IMG/VR virus record: IMGVR_UViG_3300032247_001105
Span: 1-59,355 of that record
Strand: one strand, 5' to 3'
Source: a virus
Taxonomy: Duplodnaviria; Caudoviricetes
Length of the DNA: 59,355 nt
Both the position numbers and the translations under genes were made by a program. Positions 1 to 7,059 of this stretch are shown in pieces. The notes under the pieces are model-generated. The model did no database searches and was not told the origin of the DNA. It saw only the letters and a program-made list of their open reading frames with translations. Within the stretch, counting starts at the first letter, position 1. Every line of letters starts with the position of its first letter.

Positions 1-363
1 AACACGGAATTCGAGGCTACAGCGGATCAGTTCCGTTTCCTTGCTAGCAAGAATTTTAATCAGGGTGATGTTCGTCGATATGTTAAAACCATGCTCGACA
101 TTGAGGGTACGGTTGATGATGATATCAAGACTCGCACCCGTAATATTATGGATGATATTCTCACTCGCATCGAAGGGCCGAAGCAATCCGCCACGGGTGT
201 GCGTGGTACATGGTGGGCTGCTTATAATGGGTTCAACGAGTATCTGAATTATGCTAAGGGTCGAACCGAGGATAATCGGCTCGACTCTCTGTGGTTCGGT
301 TTGAACGCCAACGATAATATCAAGGCTCTCACCAAGGCACTGGAGTTCGCCAACGCGGTTTGA
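1..363 (+). CDS. DUF932 / TIGR03299-like phage protein (5'-truncated by window)
   Basis: Frame is open from base 1. The C-terminal GTWWAAYNGFNEYLNY...RLDSLWFG motif is typical of DUF932 proteins. Confidence 0.75.
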   Translation, partial: NTEFEATADQFRFLASKNFNQGDVRRYVKTMLDIEGTVDDDIKTRTRNIMDDILTRIEGPKQSATGVRGTWWAAYNGFNEYLNYAKGRTEDNRLDSLWFGLNANDNIKALTKALEFANAV

Positions 364-388
364 CACAGCATGGCCGAAAGCCGGTAAT

Positions 389-417
389 CGTAAGTTGTTG
401 CTACGGCAGCACTTACG
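389..417. repeat. 29-bp imperfect palindrome, copy 1
   Basis: CGTAAGTTGTTGCTACGGCAGCACTTACG; the arms TCGTAAGT/ACTTACGA are exact reverse complements. Confidence 0.7.
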
Positions 418-441
418 ACCCGGCCGCGGCCGCGATTTCGT

Positions 442-470
442 CCTAAGTTTAGTAGTACCAAGGGGTTACG
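442..470. repeat. 29-bp imperfect palindrome, copy 2
   Basis: CCTAAGTTTAGTAGTACCAAGGGGTTACG; same length and end motifs as copy 1. Confidence 0.6.
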
Positions 471-503
471 TTCAATTCTTTCAAAGAATCTCAAAAACCT
501 TGA

Positions 504-532
504 TTGCAACTCTGGTGGCTAGACGATAGAAT
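504..532 (+). promoter_or_regulatory. sigma70-type promoter
   Basis: TTGCAA-N17-TAGAAT upstream of the small ORFs starting at 700. Confidence 0.55.
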
Positions 533-535
533 AGA

Positions 536-564
536 CGTAAGTGGTTGGTGCGTAAGGGTTTAGG
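536..564. repeat. 29-bp imperfect palindrome, copy 3
   Basis: CGTAAGTGGTTGGTGCGTAAGGGTTTAGG; lies over the predicted start site of the 504-532 promoter. Confidence 0.6.
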
Positions 565-622
565 ACAAGAATGAGATTGATATTATTGTCAGTCCATTTA
601 TTTTCCCACCCTTATCTGTATT

Positions 623-670
623 ACCCTATCCTTCGGATTTGCTGGCGTTGCTGGTAGTCAGCCAGAATTA
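623..670 (+). repeat. ~48-bp AGTCAGC repeat, copy 1
   Basis: ACCCTATCCTTCGGATTTGCTGGCGTTGCTGGTAGTCAGCCAGAATTA; homologous to copies at 2270, 2334 and 2456. Confidence 0.6.
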
Positions 671-699
671 GTAGTCTATTTAGCAGAGAGGAATTTAAG

Positions 700-864
700 A
701 TGAGTATGACTAATAGTGAATCATTAATTTATGTGGCCAATAAGATTGGTGATCAAGTGAGATTCTATCAGGATACTAATAGTCAGCAGTATCTTGATAG
801 TCTTAAGGCTTATATTAGAACGGCAAATATTTATCTTGATAGAATTCAAAGGGGAGAAGAATGA
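700..864 (+). CDS. hypothetical protein (54 aa)
   Basis: Read manually; GAGAGG RBS; stop overlaps the next ATG (ATGA). Confidence 0.65.
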   Translation: MSMTNSESLIYVANKIGDQVRFYQDTNSQQYLDSLKAYIRTANIYLDRIQRGEE

Positions 865-1016
865 AGGTTATTACTATTAATATGGAATTGGTTATTGATG
901 ATGATATTAAGGATAGTCATATTCCAGAATATTTAAATGATAAACTTTATACTGATCCTGAATTCTTCGGTGACTTTGGTTCTGAAAACATTGTATCAAT
1001 CAAGGAGTTTGAATAA
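861..1016 (+). CDS. hypothetical protein (51 aa, acidic)
   Basis: Read manually (MKVITINMELVIDDD...); GGGGAG RBS; coupled to both neighbours. Confidence 0.65.
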   Translation: MKVITINMELVIDDDIKDSHIPEYLNDKLYTDPEFFGDFGSENIVSIKEFE

Positions 1017-1195
1017 TGCTAAAAACATCCTATGTGACACTTAAGATTACTTATAATAGCGAGCATGGAACTGATCCTAAAGAATACTGGGATACTCTTG
1101 TGGATACAGAATTGAGCCAATATTTGGGCCTGGATTATAATGAGAGTGTGGAATTGTATTCAGTAAAAGATTTCCCGCCGCGTAACGAATTCTAG
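1016..1195 (+). CDS. hypothetical protein (59 aa)
   Basis: Read manually (MLKTSYVTLKITY...); AAGGAG RBS; TAATG coupling. Confidence 0.65.
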   Translation: MLKTSYVTLKITYNSEHGTDPKEYWDTLVDTELSQYLGLDYNESVELYSVKDFPPRNEF

Positions 1196-1202
1196 TGTGA
1201 TA

Positions 1203-1231
1203 TCTAACCCCTTGTCCCTCAAGGGTTTGCA
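1203..1231. repeat. 29-bp imperfect palindrome, copy 4
   Basis: TCTAACCCCTTGTCCCTCAAGGGTTTGCA; overlaps the -35 elements of the 1219-1255 promoter. Confidence 0.5.
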
Positions 1232-1255
1232 TCCACTGTGCCGATAAGGTATAAT
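1219..1255 (+). promoter_or_regulatory. nested sigma28-like + sigma70 promoter
   Basis: TCAAG(1219)-N16-GCCGATAA(1240) overlapping TTGCAT(1227)-N17-TATAAT(1250). Confidence 0.75.
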
Positions 1256-1301
1256 GGTGCAGTCGGGCCTTTGTGTCAAATGTAATTTCTAAAGGAGTTT
1301 T

Positions 1302-1373
1302 ATTATCTTATCGCTAATGTTCGTTGCGAGTATCACACTAGGTTTTGTTCATGGTCTTAGCAAGATTAACTAG
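1302..1373 (+). CDS. possible small hydrophobic peptide (18-23 aa)
   Basis: AAGGAG RBS at 1292 followed by ATT/ATC, in-frame ATG at 1317; IILSLMFVASITLGFVHGLSKIN. Confidence 0.3.
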   Translation: MILSLMFVASITLGFVHGLSKIN

Positions 1374-1399
1374 AAAGAAAACAAGGAGTGTTTGTATAT

Positions 1400-1454
1400 A
1401 AGTATTACTACCCCGCCTCTGCATAATATATAACCTGTACTGTTAGTTTGTCAA
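1400..1454 (-). promoter_or_regulatory. minus-strand sigma70 promoter plus conserved leader (copy 1)
   Basis: Minus strand: TTGACA-N18-TATATT then ATGCAGAGGCGGGGTAGTAATACTT; homologue at 29926-29977. Confidence 0.55.
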
Positions 1455-1468
1455 CCATCATTTTTTTT

Positions 1469-1711
1469 ATGTTAGCACCACTAACCCTATCTTCTGTACT
1501 ATTAGTCTCTCAAGTTCCTATCACCAATGATTATCGGGACTATAATAAGTACAAAGATTATGTGGATAGTGAAATAATTAATCCAAAATTGCCAAATAAT
1601 AAACCAACTCTAGAATACAACACTTTAGATAGTCAGGAATATTTGGAGTCCCTTATAGAAAAATCTTTTTATAGTCCTATTATAAAAGAATTAGAAAACG
1701 ATGCTCGATAG
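1469..1711 (+). CDS. hypothetical protein with hydrophobic N-terminus
   Basis: ORF track; no clear RBS, and the 3' end overlaps tRNA-Asn by 10 nt. Confidence 0.35.
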   Translation: MLAPLTLSSVLLVSQVPITNDYRDYNKYKDYVDSEIINPKLPNNKPTLEYNTLDSQEYLESLIEKSFYSPIIKELENDAR

Positions 1712-1773
1712 CACAACGGTAGTGCGGCGCACTGTTAATGCGTAGGTTCTAGGTTCGAATCCTAGTCGAGCAG
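1702..1773 (+). tRNA. tRNA-Asn(GTT)
   Basis: Acceptor TGCTCGA/TCGAGCA; anticodon arm GCGCA-CTGTTAA-TGCGT; T-arm CTAGG-TTCGAAT-CCTAG; no encoded CCA. Confidence 0.95.
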
Positions 1774-1871
1774 TTAATAGAAATGGATGTTGCCAGTTAG
1801 CCAATTTCCATTACTATAAGTTAGTAGTCAAAAGGATTTGACAGTTTATTTTTAACTTCCGGAGATTTATT

Positions 1872-2087
1872 ATGAAGAATTTGATTGTGGCTCTTATGGT
1901 CGTTTTTGGTATGGCTTCACTATCTTTTGGTGGTGATTGTGCTAATGGTGTTTGTTCACTACCAAGAAAAACAGTTAGTGTTACAAAGACTGTTGTAAGA
2001 GAAACTGTTAAACTTCCTCGTCGAGTTGTTACTGGTTGCACAAATAGTTGTCGTTGCAATAGTCGCACAGTAACAAGGACTCGTTGA
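1872..2087 (+). CDS. small secreted Cys-rich protein
   Basis: GGAG RBS; signal-peptide-like N-terminus followed by GDCANGVCSLPR. Confidence 0.8.
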   Translation: MKNLIVALMVVFGMASLSFGGDCANGVCSLPRKTVSVTKTVVRETVKLPRRVVTGCTNSCRCNSRTVTRTR

Positions 2088-2140
2088 ATAATATGATTGA
2101 CAAAGGAAGGGTCATTATGACTTGTCCAATGTAGGTCAGT

Positions 2141-2177
2141 AATAAGCCCCCTTGAGAAATCTTGGGGGTTTATTTTT
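2141..2177 (+). terminator. intrinsic terminator
   Basis: TAAGCCCCC...GGGGGTTTA hairpin followed by TTTTT. Confidence 0.7.
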
Positions 2178-2263
2178 GGAAAGATGGCAGAGTGGTCTAA
2201 TGCACCGGTTTACTAAACCGACGAGGCTAATAACCTCCGGGGGTTCGAATCCCTCTCTTTCCG
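2178..2263 (+). tRNA. tRNA-Ser(ACT)
   Basis: Acceptor GGAAAGA/TCTTTCC, discriminator G, long variable arm GAGG...CCTC, anticodon loop TT-ACT-AA, T-loop TTCGAAT. Confidence 0.9.
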
Positions 2264-2269
2264 TTGTAC

Positions 2270-2500
2270 CATCTAATATAATCTGATTGCGGTCATGGCG
2301 ATAGTCAGCGAGAATTATGGGTATATTTGTATCACCCTATTATTTAGGATTGGTTTTTTTGGTTGTAGTCAGCGAGATATGATGGTCAATTAATAAATAG
2401 TCTGGTTGATCCTGTTACCTTTTGAGATATCATAAAAGGAAGGTTGGGTTGTCCCACTCCATCTTCTAGATTTGGTTCGTATGGTTGCAGTCAGCGAGAT
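2270..2500 (+). repeat. ~48-bp AGTCAGC repeat, copies 2-4
   Basis: AGTCAGCGAGA cores at 2303, 2367 and 2489. Copies 1, 3 and 4 place ACCCTAT/ACTCCAT exactly 33 nt upstream of the core. Confidence 0.65.
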
Positions 2501-2504
2501 TTTC

Positions 2505-2672
2505 ATGTTTATTTATGCAGTAGCAGTTATAGTTTTGGTAGGAATATTTTCTTTTCTCATGGACTTTTTATATCCCTCAAAAATAGTTCTTGAAAAAGTT
2601 AATAAACCTCACAAGGAAAATTATGATTGGGTATCTGGTAATGATCATGGTGGAGTAATACTAGATGATTAG
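2505..2672 (+). CDS. small single-pass membrane protein
   Basis: MFIYAVAVIVLVGIFSFLMDFLY hydrophobic segment; start moved to ATG 2505. Confidence 0.55.
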   Translation: MFIYAVAVIVLVGIFSFLMDFLYPSKIVLEKVNKPHKENYDWVSGNDHGGVILDD

Positions 2673-2684
2673 GAGAAAAAACAA

Positions 2685-2765
2685 ATGATAACTCAATTCC
2701 TAATAGTACTATCAATCATAGTAGCAATAGTATTCTTGAACATTGTGGTAAAAAATTATGAATGA
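2685..2765 (+). CDS. 26-aa membrane peptide
   Basis: AGGAG RBS; MITQFLIVLSIIVAIVFLNIVVKNYE. Confidence 0.5.
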   Translation: MITQFLIVLSIIVAIVFLNIVVKNYE

Positions 2766-2889
2766 TAACCCTCTGGGATTATTAGACCATTATGGCCCAC
2801 AAATATTTTCTTCCTGCATAATAATTTACAGTGCCTTTTTGATATATTTAACAGATATGATAGAAAATGAGGATGATCTTGAAAACTGA
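2758..2889 (+). CDS. 43-aa membrane peptide
   Basis: Read manually; overlaps the previous stop; hydrophobic core IFSSCIIIYSAFLIYL. Confidence 0.45.
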   Translation: MNDNPLGLLDHYGPQIFSSCIIIYSAFLIYLTDMIENEDDLEN

Positions 2890-3052
2890 AGAATTTCACA
2901 AACCTTTTATTCATGCTCTGGTACTTGTTGCTATAGTTACAGTATTTTCTATGGCTTCTACTAAATATTTAGTCAAATATTATCTATCACCCTATTCAAA
3001 TACCACAGTTTTTACCTCTGATCAATCTGAGAATATCAATAATTCACGGTAA
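2867..3052 (+). CDS. small membrane protein
   Basis: ORF track; hydrophobic ALVLVAIVTVFSMA. Confidence 0.45.
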   Translation: MRMILKTEEFHKPFIHALVLVAIVTVFSMASTKYLVKYYLSPYSNTTVFTSDQSENINNSR

Positions 3053-3131
3053 TTTAAGGGTTTTCATATGTACTTTGCTATTTAAATCGGACAATTTTAA
3101 CTTATTGCTTATGCCGGTGGTAAAAAACGAT

Positions 3132-3195
3132 TAAAGACCAGAGTGGGAAATGGCCGATAAACCCAGTTGACAACAGTTGGTTACTCTGGTATGCT
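3132..3195 (+). promoter_or_regulatory. tandem sigma28-like and sigma70 promoters
   Basis: TAAAG(3132)-N16-GCCGATAA(3153), followed by a separate TTGACA(3167)-N17-TATGCT(3190). Confidence 0.75.
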
Positions 3196-3231
3196 GGTTC
3201 AGAGTGGTATTGGTATTTTTCTTAATAGGTA

Positions 3232-3417
3232 ATGATGAAAATGTATAGAAATGTATTGTTGACCGATAAAGAAATCGCCCTCTTGAAAAGGGTTGTTGGT
3301 GATACTCTACATGAAAAAATCATTCCAGAAGCCCGAAATTTGACCGTTATTTTCAATCGTTTGCGAGAAATCAAGCCCCTAGTTACTAATAATCAATTCT
3401 TCAATTATGGTAAATGA
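3232..3417 (+). CDS. hypothetical protein
   Basis: ORF track; downstream of a promoter; coupled to the next gene. Confidence 0.65.
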   Translation: MMKMYRNVLLTDKEIALLKRVVGDTLHEKIIPEARNLTVIFNRLREIKPLVTNNQFFNYGK

Positions 3418-3668
3418 ACATGAAATCCACAAAGAATGACAAACCTAATATCAAAAAGGGTTCCAAACCCACAAAATCAGAATCATTCCCTATTAATGAG
3501 GATGCTCTGGTAATGTATCTATATGATGCTGGAGACAAAAGAAACAAATATATTAGACTAGATTTTAATGACTATGCTAATTGTGATGATTTTAATATGA
3601 TTTTGGATAAGCCAACTCTAAAGGGGGTGGCCGATTTTATTTACAAGTATTTGGAAAATGACCAATGA
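3414..3668 (+). CDS. hypothetical protein
   Basis: ORF track; ATGA coupling. Confidence 0.65.
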   Translation: MNMKSTKNDKPNIKKGSKPTKSESFPINEDALVMYLYDAGDKRNKYIRLDFNDYANCDDFNMILDKPTLKGVADFIYKYLENDQ

Positions 3669-3838
3669 ACTTTAATCTTGATAAACATGATGTTGGCCTA
3701 ATTCTGGATGCTCTGGAAAGTTATATGTTGGATATTGAGCATGGAGAAAATAATGGTTGTTCTTATATTTGGACAACGGATGAAGTGGAAAATCTGGTCG
3801 ATTATTTAAATGATACTTTGGAGAAAAATAATGAATGA
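3665..3838 (+). CDS. hypothetical protein (57 aa)
   Basis: Read manually (MNFNLDKHDVGLILDALES...); ATGA coupling on both sides. Confidence 0.65.
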   Translation: MNFNLDKHDVGLILDALESYMLDIEHGENNGCSYIWTTDEVENLVDYLNDTLEKNNE

Positions 3839-4059
3839 GTGAAAACTTAAAAAGAAAACAATTAGAGGCTATAGAATCTGGCTATAGTCGAGCCAAAGAT
3901 ATAGCGATAGAACTATGGCTAGAAAGCGGTCTTGGTGATCCAGAGGATGATAATAATTTTTACTATTTTCAGTGTGGGTTTGTGGCAGGATTAAATTATC
4001 AAAGAAACCAAGCATTAGAAAAATTAAGCCAACTTGATCAAGAATTGGGGTTAGAATGA
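3835..4059 (+). CDS. hypothetical protein
   Basis: ORF track; GGAG RBS. Confidence 0.65.
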   Translation: MSENLKRKQLEAIESGYSRAKDIAIELWLESGLGDPEDDNNFYYFQCGFVAGLNYQRNQALEKLSQLDQELGLE

Positions 4060-4071
4060 GTGTTTATGCTA

Positions 4072-4100
4072 TTGACAACTGCCGATAAGTGTGATATACT
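4072..4100 (+). promoter_or_regulatory. sigma70 promoter with GCCGATAA box
   Basis: TTGACA-N17-TATACT with GCCGATAA at 4081; no upstream TAAAG at the usual spacing. Confidence 0.75.
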
Positions 4101-4121
4101 AGCACCAACATAGGAGAAATA

Positions 4122-4307
4122 ATGGCTCAATATAATATTGTTGTTACTACAGAATACAGATATATGGTCGAGGCTAATAATGAACACGATGCTATCAGCA
4201 TTTATCTGAACGATAATGATTCTTGTATTCCTTTAAATCATGGGAATTTAAGTATTAAGGTGGATCATATCAAACCCGACGAGAATATTTCTAAAGGTGA
4301 CGGTTGA
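4122..4307 (+). CDS. hypothetical protein
   Basis: AGGAG RBS; directly after a promoter. Confidence 0.7.
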   Translation: MAQYNIVVTTEYRYMVEANNEHDAISIYLNDNDSCIPLNHGNLSIKVDHIKPDENISKGDG

Positions 4308-4332
4308 CAAAGGCCGATAAGACTGTTATACT
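4292..4332 (+). promoter_or_regulatory. nested sigma28-like + sigma70 promoter
   Basis: TAAAG(4292)-N16-GCCGATAA(4313); TTGACA(4304)-N17-TATACT(4327). Confidence 0.8.
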
Positions 4333-4408
4333 AAAGGCTCACAAGCGTCAAAGAATCATAACAGAGACTTGAAGTTTATTCCAGATTAATGTAAGGAAGG
4401 AACCCCAA

Positions 4409-4534
4409 ATGATTTATCTCTATCTTAATGAAACACAAAAGTTAGCCGAAATAGTAGCAGAACTTGTTAAATTGAATATGGGTGTTGTTGCTGAACTTCA
4501 TGGAAATAAGTGGCATATTGAGGTAACACAATGA
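4409..4534 (+). CDS. hypothetical protein (41 aa)
   Basis: Read manually; AAGGAAGG RBS. Confidence 0.6.
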   Translation: MIYLYLNETQKLAEIVAELVKLNMGVVAELHGNKWHIEVTQ

Positions 4535-4686
4535 AAGTCTATGTAGTATTTGATTTTCCAGAAATTAAAGACTCTAATAGTGAGGATGCTACTTTTGCTA
4601 TTGATAGTCTTAGTGAAGATTTGGAAGGATTTGCTAGAGATGGTGAATATGATTGGTATATTGATGATGCTACAGAGGATGAGTAA
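4531..4686 (+). CDS. hypothetical acidic protein (51 aa)
   Basis: Read manually (MKVYVVFDFPEIKD...); GAGG RBS; coupled on both sides. Confidence 0.65.
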   Translation: MKVYVVFDFPEIKDSNSEDATFAIDSLSEDLEGFARDGEYDWYIDDATEDE

Positions 4687-5084
4687 TGACTGGTTTAAAT
4701 ATTCAGATTCCTTGGTCAACTCTTTTAATCAATGGCGACAAAAGCGTGGAAACACGCTCATATCCTCTACCAGAAAAGTATGTGGGGGTTGAGTTAGCAC
4801 TAATTGAAACTCCGGGGAAATATGGTCAATTTAAGTCTCGTATCATTGGTACGATTACTTTTAGTCATAGTTTTCTTTATGTTGTTAAAAATGATTGGGT
4901 GAATGATTACAATAGGCATAAAGTAGAAGAACAAGATAAACTTTTTGGTTGGAATACTGTAAAGCCTAAATATGGTTGGGTTGTGAGTGATATTAAAAAA
5001 TTTGATGAACCAATATCAGCACCCAAACGAAAAGGTATTGTATTCACAAAAAACTGTAAAGTACCAGTTGACAGTTGCCGATAG
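4686..5084 (+). CDS. ASCH domain protein
   Basis: GLNIQIPWSTLLINGDKSVETRSY matches the ASCH GxKxxExR signature. Confidence 0.8.
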   Translation: MTGLNIQIPWSTLLINGDKSVETRSYPLPEKYVGVELALIETPGKYGQFKSRIIGTITFSHSFLYVVKNDWVNDYNRHKVEEQDKLFGWNTVKPKYGWVVSDIKKFDEPISAPKRKGIVFTKNCKVPVDSCR

Positions 5085-5095
5085 TACGGTATACT
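5057..5095 (+). promoter_or_regulatory. nested sigma28-like + sigma70 promoter
   Basis: TAAAG(5057)-N15-GCCGATA(5077); TTGACA(5068)-N16-TATACT(5090). Confidence 0.8.
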
Positions 5096-5124
5096 GCCAG
5101 AGTCACCACTGGAGAAAATAAATT

Positions 5125-5607
5125 ATGGGAATGGGTAGTTTTGCTGTTGGCGGATATGTTATCGAATATAAGGACTTGAAGAAGATTTGTCCTGACGAAA
5201 TCAAGGCTATTGAGAAGGCTAAGTATTTCAAGAATGTTGGTTGGGGAAATATTGGTCGCTGGTTGGCATGGGATGATTCTGACCAAATTATTGACGCTTT
5301 GTTTGATGCTATTCTTGAGGATAAGTCTAAGCCCGTTATTCGACTTGAATTGAGTGAGGATCAGATTGTGGAAGATATTTTTCAGGACTATGGTAAACTC
5401 GTTACCGATCTGAAAAACTCTTTTAGTAAGAATACTGGACTTACTCTTTATTTTGATAGTTATGATGAAGAAGGTGGGGATAGGTATGATAATCCCGGCG
5501 ATAAGGATGGTTGTATTTTTTGCGTGGATGGTATGGTTCAACTTACTCCTGCGGGAAAGAAATTCAAGGATATTATCTCTGAAAGAAAGTGGACACAATT
5601 CGGATGA
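5125..5607 (+). CDS. hypothetical protein
   Basis: ORF track; GGAG RBS. Confidence 0.8.
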   Translation: MGMGSFAVGGYVIEYKDLKKICPDEIKAIEKAKYFKNVGWGNIGRWLAWDDSDQIIDALFDAILEDKSKPVIRLELSEDQIVEDIFQDYGKLVTDLKNSFSKNTGLTLYFDSYDEEGGDRYDNPGDKDGCIFCVDGMVQLTPAGKKFKDIISERKWTQFG

Positions 5608-6002
5608 AAAAAGAAATTGCTAAAAAATGGGTTAAGGCTCTTAGGAGTGGAAAATATAAACAAGGTCAAGGGTGGCTCAAACAATATAATAATAAAGGTC
5701 AAGAACAACACTGTTGTCTAGGTGTTCTTTGTGAACTGTATAATAATGAGATGAAAAAGAAACATAAGAAGTCTTTGAACTCAAAGTTTATTGATGGTTG
5801 TGCAGCACGAGTAATCTCGTTTAATAAACAGGAGCAAGGTTTGCCAGTTGTGGTTAAAAAATGGGCAGAAATGAAAGATAGTCTTGGTTATTTTATTGAT
5901 AGTAATGATAAGATGGTTCAATGTCTCGCAGATATGAATGATATTGGGCGTAAGTTTAAGACTATTGCTAACATTATTGAAAAGAATGTGGAGAATCTGT
6001 AA
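5604..6002 (+). CDS. conserved phage hypothetical protein
   Basis: KWVKALRSGKYKQG...HCCLGVLC motif recalled from other phages; start moved to ATG 5604. Confidence 0.75.
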   Translation: MKKEIAKKWVKALRSGKYKQGQGWLKQYNNKGQEQHCCLGVLCELYNNEMKKKHKKSLNSKFIDGCAARVISFNKQEQGLPVVVKKWAEMKDSLGYFIDSNDKMVQCLADMNDIGRKFKTIANIIEKNVENL

Positions 6003-6223
6003 TGTCAAATTTAATCTGGATTGATCCTCCATCTGGCTGGAAGTTTGGTTTTCCTAAACTTTATGACAGTGATAAATATCCAGATGTTAATGCGTGGCTA
6101 GTTGACAATGGCTATCCACAGGTTATGATTGATAAATTCCCAAATGGTTTGATTTGCGGTCATAATGTTCCAACCGACGAGGAAGTGGTCGAATATTACA
6201 AACAAGTTTATTATAAATATTAA
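6002..6223 (+). CDS. hypothetical protein
   Basis: ORF track (WIDPPSGWKFGFPK); coupled. Confidence 0.7.
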   Translation: MSNLIWIDPPSGWKFGFPKLYDSDKYPDVNAWLVDNGYPQVMIDKFPNGLICGHNVPTDEEVVEYYKQVYYKY

Positions 6224-6224
6224 T

Positions 6225-6662
6225 ATGGATCAAGAACTTCAAGATCAACTATTTGAAAAATATCCAGACTTATTTTCTAATAGAACTAAAATACCTATGC
6301 AAAGTCCTATGTGTTTCGGCATAGAGACTAATAATGGCTGGTATGAATTAATCTCATCTGTTTGTTGGAGAATATCTCAGCACGAAAAAAATATAGCCGA
6401 TAGAATTCGTATAAGATCAGAAAACGATGTACCAAATGATCAATCTGATCTTGATTATGTTCCAATAAAATTTGATCAAGTAAAAGAAAAATATGGTGGA
6501 TTACGAGTCTATTATAGTGGTGGTGATAATTATGTTCGTGGGGTTGTTAGTATGGCAGAAGAATACAGTTATAAAGTTTGCGAGGTTTGTGGAAACTCTG
6601 GCAAACCTAACAAGGGTGGATGGATAAGTACGCTTTGTGATAGTTGTAGGAATAAAACATGA
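6225..6662 (+). CDS. conserved phage protein with C-terminal Zn-binding motif
   Basis: QVKEKYGGLRVY...CEVCG...TLCDSC; start moved to ATG 6225. Confidence 0.75.
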   Translation: MDQELQDQLFEKYPDLFSNRTKIPMQSPMCFGIETNNGWYELISSVCWRISQHEKNIADRIRIRSENDVPNDQSDLDYVPIKFDQVKEKYGGLRVYYSGGDNYVRGVVSMAEEYSYKVCEVCGNSGKPNKGGWISTLCDSCRNKT

Positions 6663-6943
6663 AAACTTGGAAAACAAAGACCACAAAAGTAGTCGATGAT
6701 GTTCATTGTGACGCTTGCGGTAAAAGCAACACAAATAATACTAATATAGGGCCAGATTATGCAACTCTTGAAAGTTGCTGGGGTTATGGTTCTAAGGATG
6801 ATGGTACACGATATAATATTGATCTTTGTGAGGGTTGTTTCACTGAGGTTTTAAACTTTATTAAAGAGAAAAGAAGGAAAGTATTAGGCCCATTTAATTA
6901 TCCGTATGATAAAGACCCTCTTGATGGAACAGAATATCTATGA
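6659..6943 (+). CDS. hypothetical Zn-finger protein
   Basis: CDACG and DLCEGC pairs. Confidence 0.7.
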   Translation: MKTWKTKTTKVVDDVHCDACGKSNTNNTNIGPDYATLESCWGYGSKDDGTRYNIDLCEGCFTEVLNFIKEKRRKVLGPFNYPYDKDPLDGTEYL

Positions 6944-7059
6944 ATAATCTCTCAATTGATAGGTAAATATTATGGAAGCAGTTAGGGCAATAGCATTATA
7001 TTTTCTTTGTTGTGAGTTACTAATATCTTGTGTTGAATGGTTAATCAAAAGATCAAGAG

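Noticed and set aside
2097-2125. TTGACA at 2097 as a promoter for tRNA-Ser
   Set aside because: No acceptable -10 box at 16-18 nt, and a terminator-like hairpin follows.
2270-2500. AGTCAGC repeats as a mini-CRISPR array
   Set aside because: Copies are divergent, spacing is irregular (64 and 122 nt), there is no palindromic repeat fold and no cas gene in the window.
41-4792. Alternative-frame plus-strand ORFs 41-247 and 4550-4792
   Set aside because: They overlap better-supported frames (1-363; 4531-4686 and 4686-5084).
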